DNA of 58,923 bases, from the NCBI GenBank assembly GCA_035296965.1, contig DATGZX010000367.1, forward strand, positions 1 through 58,923, given 5' to 3'. A program made the position numbers and the translations under genes. Source of the DNA: Gemmataceae bacterium. Its GTDB lineage: Bacteria > Planctomycetota > Planctomycetia > Gemmatales > Gemmataceae. Under the pieces are notes generated by a model, which had not been told where the DNA came from, searched no databases, and saw nothing but the letters and a program-made list of their open reading frames with translations. Position 1 is the first letter of the stretch, and each line of letters starts with the position of its first letter. Shown one piece after another: positions 31,581-40,841 of the stretch.

Positions 31581-34442
31581 GTGGTCGGCGCTCGCTGGTA
31601 TTACCCATTGACAGCTTGCCTTGCCTTGGCCACCGTCCTTATTCCCTCGGCCATCGGCCAAGTTGGCAAGCCCGTCCTAGCCAAGCCCGCAGTATTTCCC
31701 GAGCCGATCCAGTTCGAACCCAAGCCGCAAACCGCTCGTCAAGACGACGAGGCGCTGGCGGTCGCTTATTCTCCGGACGGCAATTTGCTCGCCTCGGCCG
31801 GCGCGGACGGTGTAACGCGTCTCTGGGAGCCATCGACCGCCAAACTCCTGGCCAAGTTACCCGGCCATCGCGATGCGGTTGCCGCGCTTGCTTTCTCGCG
31901 GGACGGGCGCATGCTGGCCACGGCTTCCTACGACAAAACGATCAAGGTCTGGGACGTCGCCGCGCGCAAGGAGACCTGCACAATCACAGGGCATAGTAAC
32001 GCTGTCCTGGCCGTGGCATTTCTGTCTGGCGGCGCGCGGCTGGTTTCGGGAGGGGCAGATCGCCTTGTTAAGCTCTGGGATGTGCCGGCCAAGAAGGAGC
32101 TTGCCTCGTATGGGGAACACAAGGGGGCAGTTCGTGGTATCGCCGTCTCGCCGGACGGCAAAACCATCGCTTCGGCCGGGAGTGACCGCCGGGTGATCCT
32201 CTGGAACGTGGACGGTTGGACCTCTGCCGGAACTCTCAGCAGCCATAAGGGGCCGGTTCGTGCGATCGCTTTTTCGCCGGACGGCCGCTTGCTCGCCAGC
32301 GCGGCTGAGGACAAGACCATCATCATCTGGGACGTTGCAACTCGCAAGGAAAAGCACAGCATGGAAGGGCATACCGAAGCCGTCACTGCGCTCGCGTTTT
32401 CACCGCGCGGACAGCTGCTGGCAAGCGCGAGTGTCGACAAGACCCTGCGGCTCTGGGAGACGGCGACGGGCGGTGAGTTGGCCAATCTGGAAGAGGGTCA
32501 CACCGAGGCTATCCAAGGGGTTGCCTTTGCCCCCTCCGGCCGGCAAATCGCCACCGCCTCGGCGGACAAGACCATCGGCCTATGGTCCTCCGCCTTGCCG
32601 CGCGTCTTCGCTGCGCGGACCTACCAAAACCGGACCGGACCGACCGGCGTTACTGCTATTTCCCCCGACGGCAAGCGCCTGGCCGTTCTTGGAGACAAAC
32701 ACGCGATTCTCGTGCTCGACGCCCAAAGCGGCCAGACCCTGGCGGTCTTGCAAGGCCACCGCAGTGCGATCGTGGACCTGACGTTCAGCCCCGACGGAGC
32801 CTGGCTCGTGAGCAGCGGCCGCGACCGGGTTGGCATGCTCTGGGATGTGGCCGGCGGCCGGCGGCTCGCCCTGCTCGACGGGCATCGCGGCACGGTGCGC
32901 GCCGCGGCGTTCGCCCCGAACGGCAAGCTGCTTGCCACGGGCGGGGCAGACAAGCGCATCCTGATTTACGATCTACCGCCTACAGGGTCGAGCGTGACCG
33001 AGCTGCGCGAGCGCACCGTGCTCGAAGGTCATCGGGGCGCGGTCTCGTGTTTGGCCTTTTCCCACGATAGCCGCCTGCTTGCCAGCGGTTCGGATTTGGT
33101 GACCCGCAAAGCGCCGGCCGAGGTCAAGTTGTGGGAGCTGGCCGCCGGCAAGCAGATCGCGTCTTGGATCGATCATACCGGCGACGTCGCGGCACTGGCT
33201 TTTCACCCAACTCGCCCAGTGCTGGTGTCGGGCGGGGCGGACCCCGGCTTCCGTGTCTGGGATCTCGACGCACGCAAGCCAATTCTTTTTCGCCCAACAC
33301 AATCCGCAGTGATCTCGCTTGCCTTCACCGGCGGCGGCACAGAGTTACTTACCGGATCGGTGGGACGCACTCTGCTCGCCTGGGACACGGAGAGCTGGCG
33401 CGAACAACTTCGCTTCGTCGGCCACACGGGGGCAGTCACCAAGCTCTGCGTTCTTGCGGGGACACAAGGAGCACCCATACTCTCAGCTTCCGCCGACAGG
33501 TCGCTGCGTTCGTGGTCCATGACTGCGGCGGCCGTTCGCGGCACCCGCTTCGCGGGCCATGAAAGCTGGGTAACGGCGCTCGTGCTCACGCCCGACGGCA
33601 AGAAACTCATCTCCGGCAGCTGGGATGGCACAGTCCGCATATGGGACGTCGAGACCGCCAAGGCGGATACCGTGCTCGAGTCACACCAGTCGAAGATCTA
33701 CGCCGTCGCTGTTAGCCGGAACGGCAAGCGCGCCGCATCCGCCGGCGGGAACGGCGAAGTCTTCCTCTGGGATCTGGAGGCAAACGCCGAGGCCGCCCGA
33801 CTGGAAGGTCACGATGAAGAATCGGAAGTCAACGGCATCGCCTTCACGCCGGACGGTAAGCGGGTAGTGACCGCCGCCTCCGACGGCGATATTCGCATTT
33901 GGGATGCAGCCACCGGCAAAGAACTGGGCAAGATCAAAGGTCCCAAGGAGGGCATCCTCGCCCTGGCCCTGAGCCCAGACGGGCGCCAAGCCGTCATCTC
34001 CGGAGGCGCCGGTTTCGCATGCACGCTCTACGACCTGGAGACCAAGAAGGAAGTCCGCCGTTTTCTGGGGCACACTGCCGCCGTGCATGCCATTGCCTTT
34101 GCCCCCGACGGCAAACGCATTCTCACAGGCTCGGCGGACCGTACGCTGCGATTCTGGGACATAGCCAGCGGGAATGAACTACGCAAACTTGACGCCCACG
34201 CGGGCTACGTTCGCGGCGTTTGCTTCACCGCCGACGGAGCCGTGGTCGCTTCGGTAGGCTACGACCATGTCAATCGACTCTGGGATTCCAGTGACGGCCG
34301 GCTTCTTATTTCTTTCGAAGTGCACAATCGACCTGCGCTGTCGGTCGCGCTCTCAGCCGACGGCAAGACCGTATATTCCGGTGGTGCCGACGAGTATATC
34401 TTTCGCTGGCGGCAACCGGCGAGCGAAGAAGCGGCGAAATGA
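31581..34442 (+). CDS. WD40-repeat protein with about 20 repeats and an N-terminal signal peptide or anchor
   Basis: GTG start 15 nt after the giant gene's stop, with caggaga 8 nt upstream. There are numerous WD40 units of the form GH...V..LAFSPDG..LASAS.DKT...WD. Confidence 0.85.
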   Translation: MVGARWYYPLTACLALATVLIPSAIGQVGKPVLAKPAVFPEPIQFEPKPQTARQDDEALAVAYSPDGNLLASAGADGVTRLWEPSTAKLLAKLPGHRDAVAALAFSRDGRMLATASYDKTIKVWDVAARKETCTITGHSNAVLAVAFLSGGARLVSGGADRLVKLWDVPAKKELASYGEHKGAVRGIAVSPDGKTIASAGSDRRVILWNVDGWTSAGTLSSHKGPVRAIAFSPDGRLLASAAEDKTIIIWDVATRKEKHSMEGHTEAVTALAFSPRGQLLASASVDKTLRLWETATGGELANLEEGHTEAIQGVAFAPSGRQIATASADKTIGLWSSALPRVFAARTYQNRTGPTGVTAISPDGKRLAVLGDKHAILVLDAQSGQTLAVLQGHRSAIVDLTFSPDGAWLVSSGRDRVGMLWDVAGGRRLALLDGHRGTVRAAAFAPNGKLLATGGADKRILIYDLPPTGSSVTELRERTVLEGHRGAVSCLAFSHDSRLLASGSDLVTRKAPAEVKLWELAAGKQIASWIDHTGDVAALAFHPTRPVLVSGGADPGFRVWDLDARKPILFRPTQSAVISLAFTGGGTELLTGSVGRTLLAWDTESWREQLRFVGHTGAVTKLCVLAGTQGAPILSASADRSLRSWSMTAAAVRGTRFAGHESWVTALVLTPDGKKLISGSWDGTVRIWDVETAKADTVLESHQSKIYAVAVSRNGKRAASAGGNGEVFLWDLEANAEAARLEGHDEESEVNGIAFTPDGKRVVTAASDGDIRIWDAATGKELGKIKGPKEGILALALSPDGRQAVISGGAGFACTLYDLETKKEVRRFLGHTAAVHAIAFAPDGKRILTGSADRTLRFWDIASGNELRKLDAHAGYVRGVCFTADGAVVASVGYDHVNRLWDSSDGRLLISFEVHNRPALSVALSADGKTVYSGGADEYIFRWRQPASEEAAK

Positions 34443-34615
34443 CCGGAAGACGCTTGGGTGCGATGCGTTCGTGGCCTTGGCACTCGGCAGTCTCCGGCAG
34501 TAGCTCGGGACCGAAAGCATGGCACCCAACATGGATTTGCTGTATGATAGTAAATCATGTGCAGTTCCAGCTTAGTCAACGCTCTTACCGACCTGCCATT
34601 GAACTAGGTAGATAA

Positions 34616-35032
34616 ATGCAACTTGAATTTGCGATCATGTGCGATGCCGCTGAGGTTAATAGCAGCGGCCTTATCTATATATTGAAGGGCGGGTATGACA
34701 TTACAGTCGCATCAGAGTTTCCAGTAATCATACATCAAGTCATTTTAGTTGTCAGGATTTTGTGCAATCCTGAAGAAGTCAACCATCAACATATTCTAAT
34801 TTCGCAAATCATTGATCCACATGGCCGCATACTGCCTTCGAAGATAACAGTTCCCTTCACGACTCCGGTTTATCCAGGCCATCCCGACCGCCCAAACAAA
34901 TACACGCTAAAGTTGGAGCATCGGTCGGTCTCGTTCGATGAGCCAGGCGATTACACTTTTCGTTTTCTAGTTGATGGCCTTCAGCTCGGACAAGCCGGAC
35001 TTGAAGTCAAACGAAAAGAAGGAAAGGAATAA
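34616..35032 (+). CDS. Hypothetical protein, first gene of the low-GC island
   Basis: 138-aa ORF in a conspicuously AT-richer stretch. Its stop overlaps the next ORF's ATG by 1 nt. No family recognised. Confidence 0.45.
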   Translation: MQLEFAIMCDAAEVNSSGLIYILKGGYDITVASEFPVIIHQVILVVRILCNPEEVNHQHILISQIIDPHGRILPSKITVPFTTPVYPGHPDRPNKYTLKLEHRSVSFDEPGDYTFRFLVDGLQLGQAGLEVKRKEGKE

Positions 35033-35445
35033 TGATGGCATTAGCAGCTTTGACTAAGAGCTCCGGCAGAGGTTCCGCATCTGCTTCTGAATACGAGGTT
35101 TCGTGCGTTGGCGGTGGGAGTTCCAATTACAGTGAAGAATGTGAAACCGATAATGTCACTGCCCTTAAGTTCGTCGAGCTCTCGGAAACATGGAAGAAGG
35201 ATACGGAGTACCTGTCCAAGCTTAGCAAGAAAGTGATGCATCCGGCTTACCAAAGGATCATTGGCATGGGGCGGGATGCAATCCCGTTCATCCTGAATGA
35301 TTTGAAAGAAGACCCGGCTGATTGGTTCTGGGCGTTAACGGCGATCACTGGAGAAAACCCTGTTGCCGAGGCGAGCGCCGGCAAGGTGGAAGAAATGGCG
35401 AAAGCATGGCTGCTATGGGGCCGTGAAAGAGGATATGGAGTGTGA
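35032..35445 (+). CDS. Hypothetical protein, second gene of the low-GC island
   Basis: 137-aa ORF (MMALAALTKSS...). It overlaps the next gene's GTG start (GTGA). No family recognised. Confidence 0.45.
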   Translation: MMALAALTKSSGRGSASASEYEVSCVGGGSSNYSEECETDNVTALKFVELSETWKKDTEYLSKLSKKVMHPAYQRIIGMGRDAIPFILNDLKEDPADWFWALTAITGENPVAEASAGKVEEMAKAWLLWGRERGYGV

Positions 35446-35927
35446 GCAAATCGGATTTGGACAATGCGTTCCCGAACTTGGCGCTGTCCAATTATGAGAT
35501 TTCTAGCCCCAAGTCGAGGAGATACAATTGCATTGCATGGGCGTGCAAGGATACGACGCGCAAGTGGGACTGCTTCGCATTTCCTGTCCCACCCGGATAC
35601 CATTGGCCCAAGGGCGCTTCTCTCGGCGACGACATCGTTGCTTTGATCAGCGTTTTCGCGGCCCAGGGCTACGCGCCGTGCGCTGAAAGCTCCTTGGAAG
35701 ATGGATACGAAAAGGTAGCGCTCTATGTTGATGATGCCGGCGAATGGACGCACGCAGCTCGGCAGCTTCCCAATGGAAAATGGACAAGCAAGATGGGAGA
35801 TGCTGAAGACATTACTCATTCGGCCCCCGAGGATCTGACCAACTCCATCTACGGCGAGGCCCATTGTTACATGAAACGGCCAAGCATGAAGCGCCAGAAC
35901 GAAGAAGAAGAGCGAGACAAGCTTTGA
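35442..35927 (+). CDS. Hypothetical protein, third gene of the low-GC island. Possibly a papain-fold Cys/His hydrolase.
   Basis: 161-aa ORF with a GTG start. A Cys in the motif YNCIAWACKD and a downstream His in GEWTHAARQLPNGKWTSK occur in the N-to-C order seen in papain-fold or CHAP-like enzymes. This is pattern-level inference only. Confidence 0.4.
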   Translation: MSKSDLDNAFPNLALSNYEISSPKSRRYNCIAWACKDTTRKWDCFAFPVPPGYHWPKGASLGDDIVALISVFAAQGYAPCAESSLEDGYEKVALYVDDAGEWTHAARQLPNGKWTSKMGDAEDITHSAPEDLTNSIYGEAHCYMKRPSMKRQNEEEERDKL

Positions 35928-36177
35928 CGCAAGGATACGCCCAGTGAAGCTGCGAAGGTCGAAGCCAAGGGCCAAGGACATTGCGGCGAGCGCGTGAACA
36001 GACGGGATCCGTTCCCCTTCTGTAGACGCGCTCCCCTTCGGGTCGCGGTTAAACGATTTATCGGGCACCGCAAGAACGGGAATGCGCTCTTGCTTGGCCG
36101 CATTTATGCGGCTACCCTGGGGTGTGCAGGATTGCCGAAGGAATCGCTCTCGGCGTCCGTCCGTTCCCTCTGAGGGC

Positions 36178-37740
36178 ATGGCCATGCGTTGGCGCTCCGC
36201 TCTCGTTGCTGGGCTTGGTGTTTTGCTATCAGTCGGCCAAATTGCGGCAGCCGAGCGGCCGGATGCGACTTCGTTGGCGGCCGAAATCGACCGGCTCATC
36301 CTCGAAAAACTCAAGACGACCGGCGTTTCTGCCTCGCCCCTGGCTGACGACGCCACTTTTTTCCGCCGGCTAAACCTCGCGATCGCCGGCCGGATCCCCG
36401 TACCCTCGGAAGTCCGAGCATTCCTGGCCGACAAAGCGCCCGACAAACGAGCTCGGGCGGTCGACCGTCTCCTTGCGTCGCCTGCCTATGTCAATCACAT
36501 GACCGTTTCCTGGAACGGCTGGCTGCTACCGGAAGCGGCGACCGATCCAGCCGTTGCTAATGCCGCGGTCGGCTTCAAGGTATGGCTGCGTAGCCGGATT
36601 CGTGAAAACGCCTCGTTTGATCGGCTCACCTCGGAGCTTCTCACCTATCCTCTCAATGGTCGTGCCCTGGCCGACCAGCCGGCAGGCGACGGCGGGACGG
36701 ACGCCGCCAACGGCCCCCTGGCCTTTTACACCGCAAAAGAGGGGAAACCGGAGAATCTCGCCGCCGCAACGGCGCGAGTGTTTCTCGGCGTCCATCTCGA
36801 GTGCGCTCAATGTCACAACCATCCGTTCGCACGCTGGAGCCGGGACCAGTTTTGGGGCATGGCCGCATTCTTTGGCGGCATCGAAAAAACGGATGGCGGA
36901 ACTCTGCGCGAAATCCAGGGCAAACGCGAGCTGCTCATTCCCAACTCTTTCCGCGCCGTTCCCGCCACCATGCTGGACGACCGCGAGCCGGAATGGCAAT
37001 ACAAGAAAAGCCCTCGGGCCACCCTCGCTGCCTGGGTGACTGCGCCCGACAACCCGTTTTTCTCCAAGGCGATCGTCAATCGGCTTTGGTGGATGCTCTT
37101 CGGCGTCGGTCTCGTCGATCCTGTCGATGATTTCCACGATCAGAACCCGGCCAGCCATCCCGAGCTGCTCGACACTCTGGCCCGGGCATTTGTCCAGTCT
37201 GGCTTTGATACCAAGTTCATCCTCAGGGCCATCTGTCAGAGCCAGGCTTTTGGCCGCTCCAGTGCCATTGCTGACTCCGCCGCGGCAAATGTTCGCCTCT
37301 ACGCCCACTTCCCGATGCAGGGGCTGTCCCCCGAGCAGATCTACGATAGTCTCATGGTCCTATTCGGCGAGCGAACCGAAACTCGCGGCGACGACGGACA
37401 GCGCCGTCAGTTTCTCGAGGCCTTCGCCGTTTCTGGGCGACAAACAGAAAGCCCGACGACGATCTTGCAAGCCCTCACGCTCATGAATAGCAAACAAGTG
37501 GGCGCGGCTACGGATGGGCAATCCAGCCGGTTGCTTGGGGGTGTGCTCAAGCTGCCTGGTTTGACGCCGACGGAGCGGATCGAAGCAATCTACTTCGCTG
37601 TGTTGAGTCGGCCTCCGCGCAAAGCCGAATTGGACCAAACGCTAGCCCATGTCAAGGGCTGCACAGACGGCACCGATAAAGCGCATGCCGACGTGCTCTG
37701 GGCTTTGCTCAACGGCATCGAATTCAGGACGAATCATTAA
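36178..37740 (+). CDS. DUF1549/DUF1553 domain protein without the N-terminal cytochrome-like domain
   Basis: Signal peptide. The DUF1549 signature FLGVHLECAQCHNHPFARWSRDQFWGMAAFF is present, as is the DUF1553 signature IVNRLWWMLFGVGLVDPVDDFHDQNPASHPELLDTLARAF...AICQSQAFGRSS. Confidence 0.85.
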   Translation: MAMRWRSALVAGLGVLLSVGQIAAAERPDATSLAAEIDRLILEKLKTTGVSASPLADDATFFRRLNLAIAGRIPVPSEVRAFLADKAPDKRARAVDRLLASPAYVNHMTVSWNGWLLPEAATDPAVANAAVGFKVWLRSRIRENASFDRLTSELLTYPLNGRALADQPAGDGGTDAANGPLAFYTAKEGKPENLAAATARVFLGVHLECAQCHNHPFARWSRDQFWGMAAFFGGIEKTDGGTLREIQGKRELLIPNSFRAVPATMLDDREPEWQYKKSPRATLAAWVTAPDNPFFSKAIVNRLWWMLFGVGLVDPVDDFHDQNPASHPELLDTLARAFVQSGFDTKFILRAICQSQAFGRSSAIADSAAANVRLYAHFPMQGLSPEQIYDSLMVLFGERTETRGDDGQRRQFLEAFAVSGRQTESPTTILQALTLMNSKQVGAATDGQSSRLLGGVLKLPGLTPTERIEAIYFAVLSRPPRKAELDQTLAHVKGCTDGTDKAHADVLWALLNGIEFRTNH

Positions 37741-37762
37741 GGGGTTTTCAGGAGGCTTTCCC

Positions 37763-39094
37763 ATGCAATGGGGTCACGACGCGTCTTGGACTCGACGACA
37801 TTTCTTACGCTCAGGCGCGGCCGCTTGCACAGTGAGTCTCTCCGGCTGGCTGAGCCGTCTCGCCTACGCCGCAAGTGGCGACCCGAAGCGGACCCGAAGT
37901 TGCATCCTCCTGTGGATGAATGGCGGCCCTGCGACGATTGACCTGTGGGATCTCAAGCCCGGTCATGCCAACGGCGGCCCGTACAAGGCGATTGCTACCA
38001 AGGCCCCTGGTCTGAAGATTGGCGAACATCTTCCCAAACTGGCGAGCTGGGGCGACCGTCTCGCCGTCATTCGTTCCATGACGACGAAGGAGGGCGATCA
38101 TGGCCGCGCTGCCTATCTCCTCCGCACCGGCAACTTGCCCCTGGGCGGCATTGACTTCCCCACTCTGGGATCGCTCGTCGCCAAAGAGCTGCATCGCGAA
38201 GGAGCCGATCTGCCGCCTTTTGTCAGCATCGCTCCACAGCGCTTCCTGGCACAGAATGCCTTCGGACCGGGCTTCCTCGGACCGCTATACGCACCCTTGC
38301 TGGTCGCCGACGGCCAGCGGGCAGCGCTGGGCGGCGCTAATAACCAGGGCGTCGATCAGCAGCTTAAAGTCGAAAACCTGCAACGCATCTCCGGTGTCGG
38401 CGCCGACCAGGCCGACCGCCGGCTTGCTCTCATGCGCAACCTGGAGACCGATTTCCTGGCATCCCATCCCGGCGCGATTGCGGATAGCCACCGGTCGGCT
38501 TATGGGGCCGCCGTCCGGCTGATGCATCCCGAAACGGCCCGGGTTTTCGAATTTGCGAGCGAGAAAGCCGAATTACGCGACCGCTATGGCCGCAACCTCT
38601 TTGGCCAAGGATGTCTCCTTGCCCGGCGACTCGTTGAACGAGGCGTCCCGTTCGTCGAAGTCACGCTCGATGGCTGGGATACGCATGCGAATAATTTTGA
38701 CGGCGTCAAGAACCTGTGCGGCGTGCTCGACCCGGCCTGGTCCACCCTCATGGCGGATCTGAAGGATCGCGGCCTGCTCGAATCAACGCTGGTGGTTTGC
38801 ATGGGCGAGTTCGGCCGGACGCCGAAGATCAATCCGCAAAAGGGCCGCGACCACTTCCCCAATGCCTGGAGCGCTGTCCTGGCCGGGGGCGGCATCAAGG
38901 GCGGCCAAGCCGTCGGCCGAAGCAGCAAGGACGGCATGCAAGTCGAGGAGCGGCCGTGCGGCGTCCCCGACCTCCTAGCCACGATTTGTCGAGCAATAGG
39001 TATCGATTCTGAAAAACAGAACATGTCGAATGTGGGCCGACCCATCCGTATCGTGGACAAGGCTGCCCGGCCAATCTCTGAAGTGCTGGTATGA
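37763..39094 (+). CDS. DUF1501 (sulfatase-like) protein with a Tat signal
   Basis: Tat signal RRHFLRSGAAA and the conserved core CILLWMNGGPATIDLWDLKP...FGRTP. The RBS aggagg lies 7 nt upstream of the ATG. This is the canonical partner of a DUF1549/DUF1553 gene. Confidence 0.85.
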   Translation: MQWGHDASWTRRHFLRSGAAACTVSLSGWLSRLAYAASGDPKRTRSCILLWMNGGPATIDLWDLKPGHANGGPYKAIATKAPGLKIGEHLPKLASWGDRLAVIRSMTTKEGDHGRAAYLLRTGNLPLGGIDFPTLGSLVAKELHREGADLPPFVSIAPQRFLAQNAFGPGFLGPLYAPLLVADGQRAALGGANNQGVDQQLKVENLQRISGVGADQADRRLALMRNLETDFLASHPGAIADSHRSAYGAAVRLMHPETARVFEFASEKAELRDRYGRNLFGQGCLLARRLVERGVPFVEVTLDGWDTHANNFDGVKNLCGVLDPAWSTLMADLKDRGLLESTLVVCMGEFGRTPKINPQKGRDHFPNAWSAVLAGGGIKGGQAVGRSSKDGMQVEERPCGVPDLLATICRAIGIDSEKQNMSNVGRPIRIVDKAARPISEVLV

Positions 39095-40791
39095 CGCTTC
39101 GCTCCATCTTGATTCCCTCTGCGCTGCTGGGCTGCCTGGCAACTGCCCTGGCGCCAGCCGAGCCGCCGGCAAAAGCTCAATCTCCTGAGAGCGTTCGCGA
39201 TTTGGTCTACTGGGGCGTGGGTGGCCCGACACGCATCCGCTTGCGCATTAGGATCGCTGGCCGTCCAGCAGACCTCCTCTGGTCAGATGCAGTCGAGGCG
39301 CTTTTTGCCTTCTGCGATCGCAACGGCGACGGCGTACTCGACCCGGCCGAATATGCACCGTTCGTCGAGCAGCGCCGCGGGAGAGTCATGCAAATCGCGC
39401 TGGACGAAGCCGCAGGCTTGCCGGCTCTACGCCTGGACTTTGACCGGCGAAATGCAAAAGTCACCCGTGCCATCTTTGATTCCGCATTGCGCGAAGCCGG
39501 GTTTGGGCCGGTTGTGCTCTCCGTGCGGCGGGCACAGCCCGATTCTCAACGGCTCAGCAGTATTCTTTTTCGACGGCTGGACCGCGACGGCGACGGCAAG
39601 CTCTCGACCGCTGAGCTGCGCGATGCCCGCGACCGATTGGCATTCTTCGACGCGAACGAAGACGAATTCATTTCCGTGACGGAGTTGCTAGGCAATGTCG
39701 ACGCGAGCCCGATTGCACCTGCGGCTTTGCAGCGCAGCGACTCCTCGGATGCAACCGACTCGACGTCCGACTTGGTGTTATTGCCCCCGGACCGCGAGGC
39801 GGCCGTGCAACAAATTGTGGCTTCCCGTGGCGATGCCAAGCGCAAGGCGATTCGTCGCGCCGAGTTTGGGGGCGACGAGAGGACGTTCGCTGCGCTTGAC
39901 AAGAACAGTGACGGCAAGCTCGACGCCGCGGAGTTGGAAGGTTGGCTGAAGCAGCCTCCCGACCTGGAAATAGTGGTATCCGCGGGCACGCCCTTGGCGC
40001 CAGGCCAATCGACGCACCGCCTCTATACTTTGGTCTCCGAGCCAGGAAGTAGCAAGTTGCGGGTGCAAACCGCCCCTGGCATTGAAGCCTCTTCGGAACG
40101 ATTTTACTTCCGTTTCGACCAGCCCGTCGCTGTCGATCGCCGGGGCACGCTCCCCAGCAGGGAGATCGACGTGATCCGCGCGGAGATGAAGCGCCTCGCC
40201 GACGGCAAGGGCATTGTCCAGCGCAAGCAAGTGGAAGCTAGCCCGCGGCAACCAGGCTCATTCGCTGCGCTCGCATTTTTTGATTTTGCCGACCTCAATG
40301 CCGACGGCAAACTTGAAACCGCGGAAGTGGAGGCGGCGCTCAAGGTTCTTGCTCCCCTGTTTGCCGGCTGCCGCATGAGGATAACAGTTCAAGATCAAGG
40401 CACTGGCCTTTTCGAGTTGCTGGATCGAAACGGCGACAGCCGATTGTCGCCGCGTGAATTGGTAAACGCTATCGAGGTCCTGAAGCCCTTCGCGGATTCG
40501 ACCGGCAAGGTGAGCCCCGCTGCCTTGCCCCGGCGTTTCTTCGTCCAAATCGCGGTTGAACCTCTCCCCATATTCTCGTTCCCGGCGCCTATCGCGCTTG
40601 CGAAACCGAGCGCGCCTCCTGAGCGCACCCCCGCCTGGTTTTACGACATGGACCGCAACGGCGACGGCGAGGTGTCGCTCCGCGAGTTCCTTGGGCCCAT
40701 CGAATTGTTTCGCAAGCTGGACAAAAACGGCGACGGCCTCATCAGCCTCGACGAAGCGAGGGCCACCCAGATCGAAAAATCAGGGCGTTGA
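39091..40791 (+). CDS. Secreted EF-hand calcium-binding protein with at least 7 EF-hand loops
   Basis: ATG overlaps the DUF1501 stop (ATGA). Signal peptide present. Repeated D-x-[DN]-x-DG-x-[LIV]-x-x-x-E loops (DRNGDGVLDPAE, DRDGDGKLSTAE, DKNSDGKLDAAE, DLNADGKLETAE, DRNGDSRLSPRE, DRNGDGEVSLRE, DKNGDGLISLDE). Confidence 0.75.
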   Translation: MTLRSILIPSALLGCLATALAPAEPPAKAQSPESVRDLVYWGVGGPTRIRLRIRIAGRPADLLWSDAVEALFAFCDRNGDGVLDPAEYAPFVEQRRGRVMQIALDEAAGLPALRLDFDRRNAKVTRAIFDSALREAGFGPVVLSVRRAQPDSQRLSSILFRRLDRDGDGKLSTAELRDARDRLAFFDANEDEFISVTELLGNVDASPIAPAALQRSDSSDATDSTSDLVLLPPDREAAVQQIVASRGDAKRKAIRRAEFGGDERTFAALDKNSDGKLDAAELEGWLKQPPDLEIVVSAGTPLAPGQSTHRLYTLVSEPGSSKLRVQTAPGIEASSERFYFRFDQPVAVDRRGTLPSREIDVIRAEMKRLADGKGIVQRKQVEASPRQPGSFAALAFFDFADLNADGKLETAEVEAALKVLAPLFAGCRMRITVQDQGTGLFELLDRNGDSRLSPRELVNAIEVLKPFADSTGKVSPAALPRRFFVQIAVEPLPIFSFPAPIALAKPSAPPERTPAWFYDMDRNGDGEVSLREFLGPIELFRKLDKNGDGLISLDEARATQIEKSGR

Positions 40792-40841
40792 CGCCGAACA
40801 GCCGTACTGGTGGAGCTTGGCAGGATGCCCTCGCGTCGTCC

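Noticed and set aside
35247-36446. 399-aa minus-strand ORF spanning the low-GC island and the start of the DUF1549 gene
   Set aside because: It overlaps three tightly coupled plus-strand ORFs and a well-supported gene start. Its composition changes abruptly across the island boundary, and it has no recognisable motifs.
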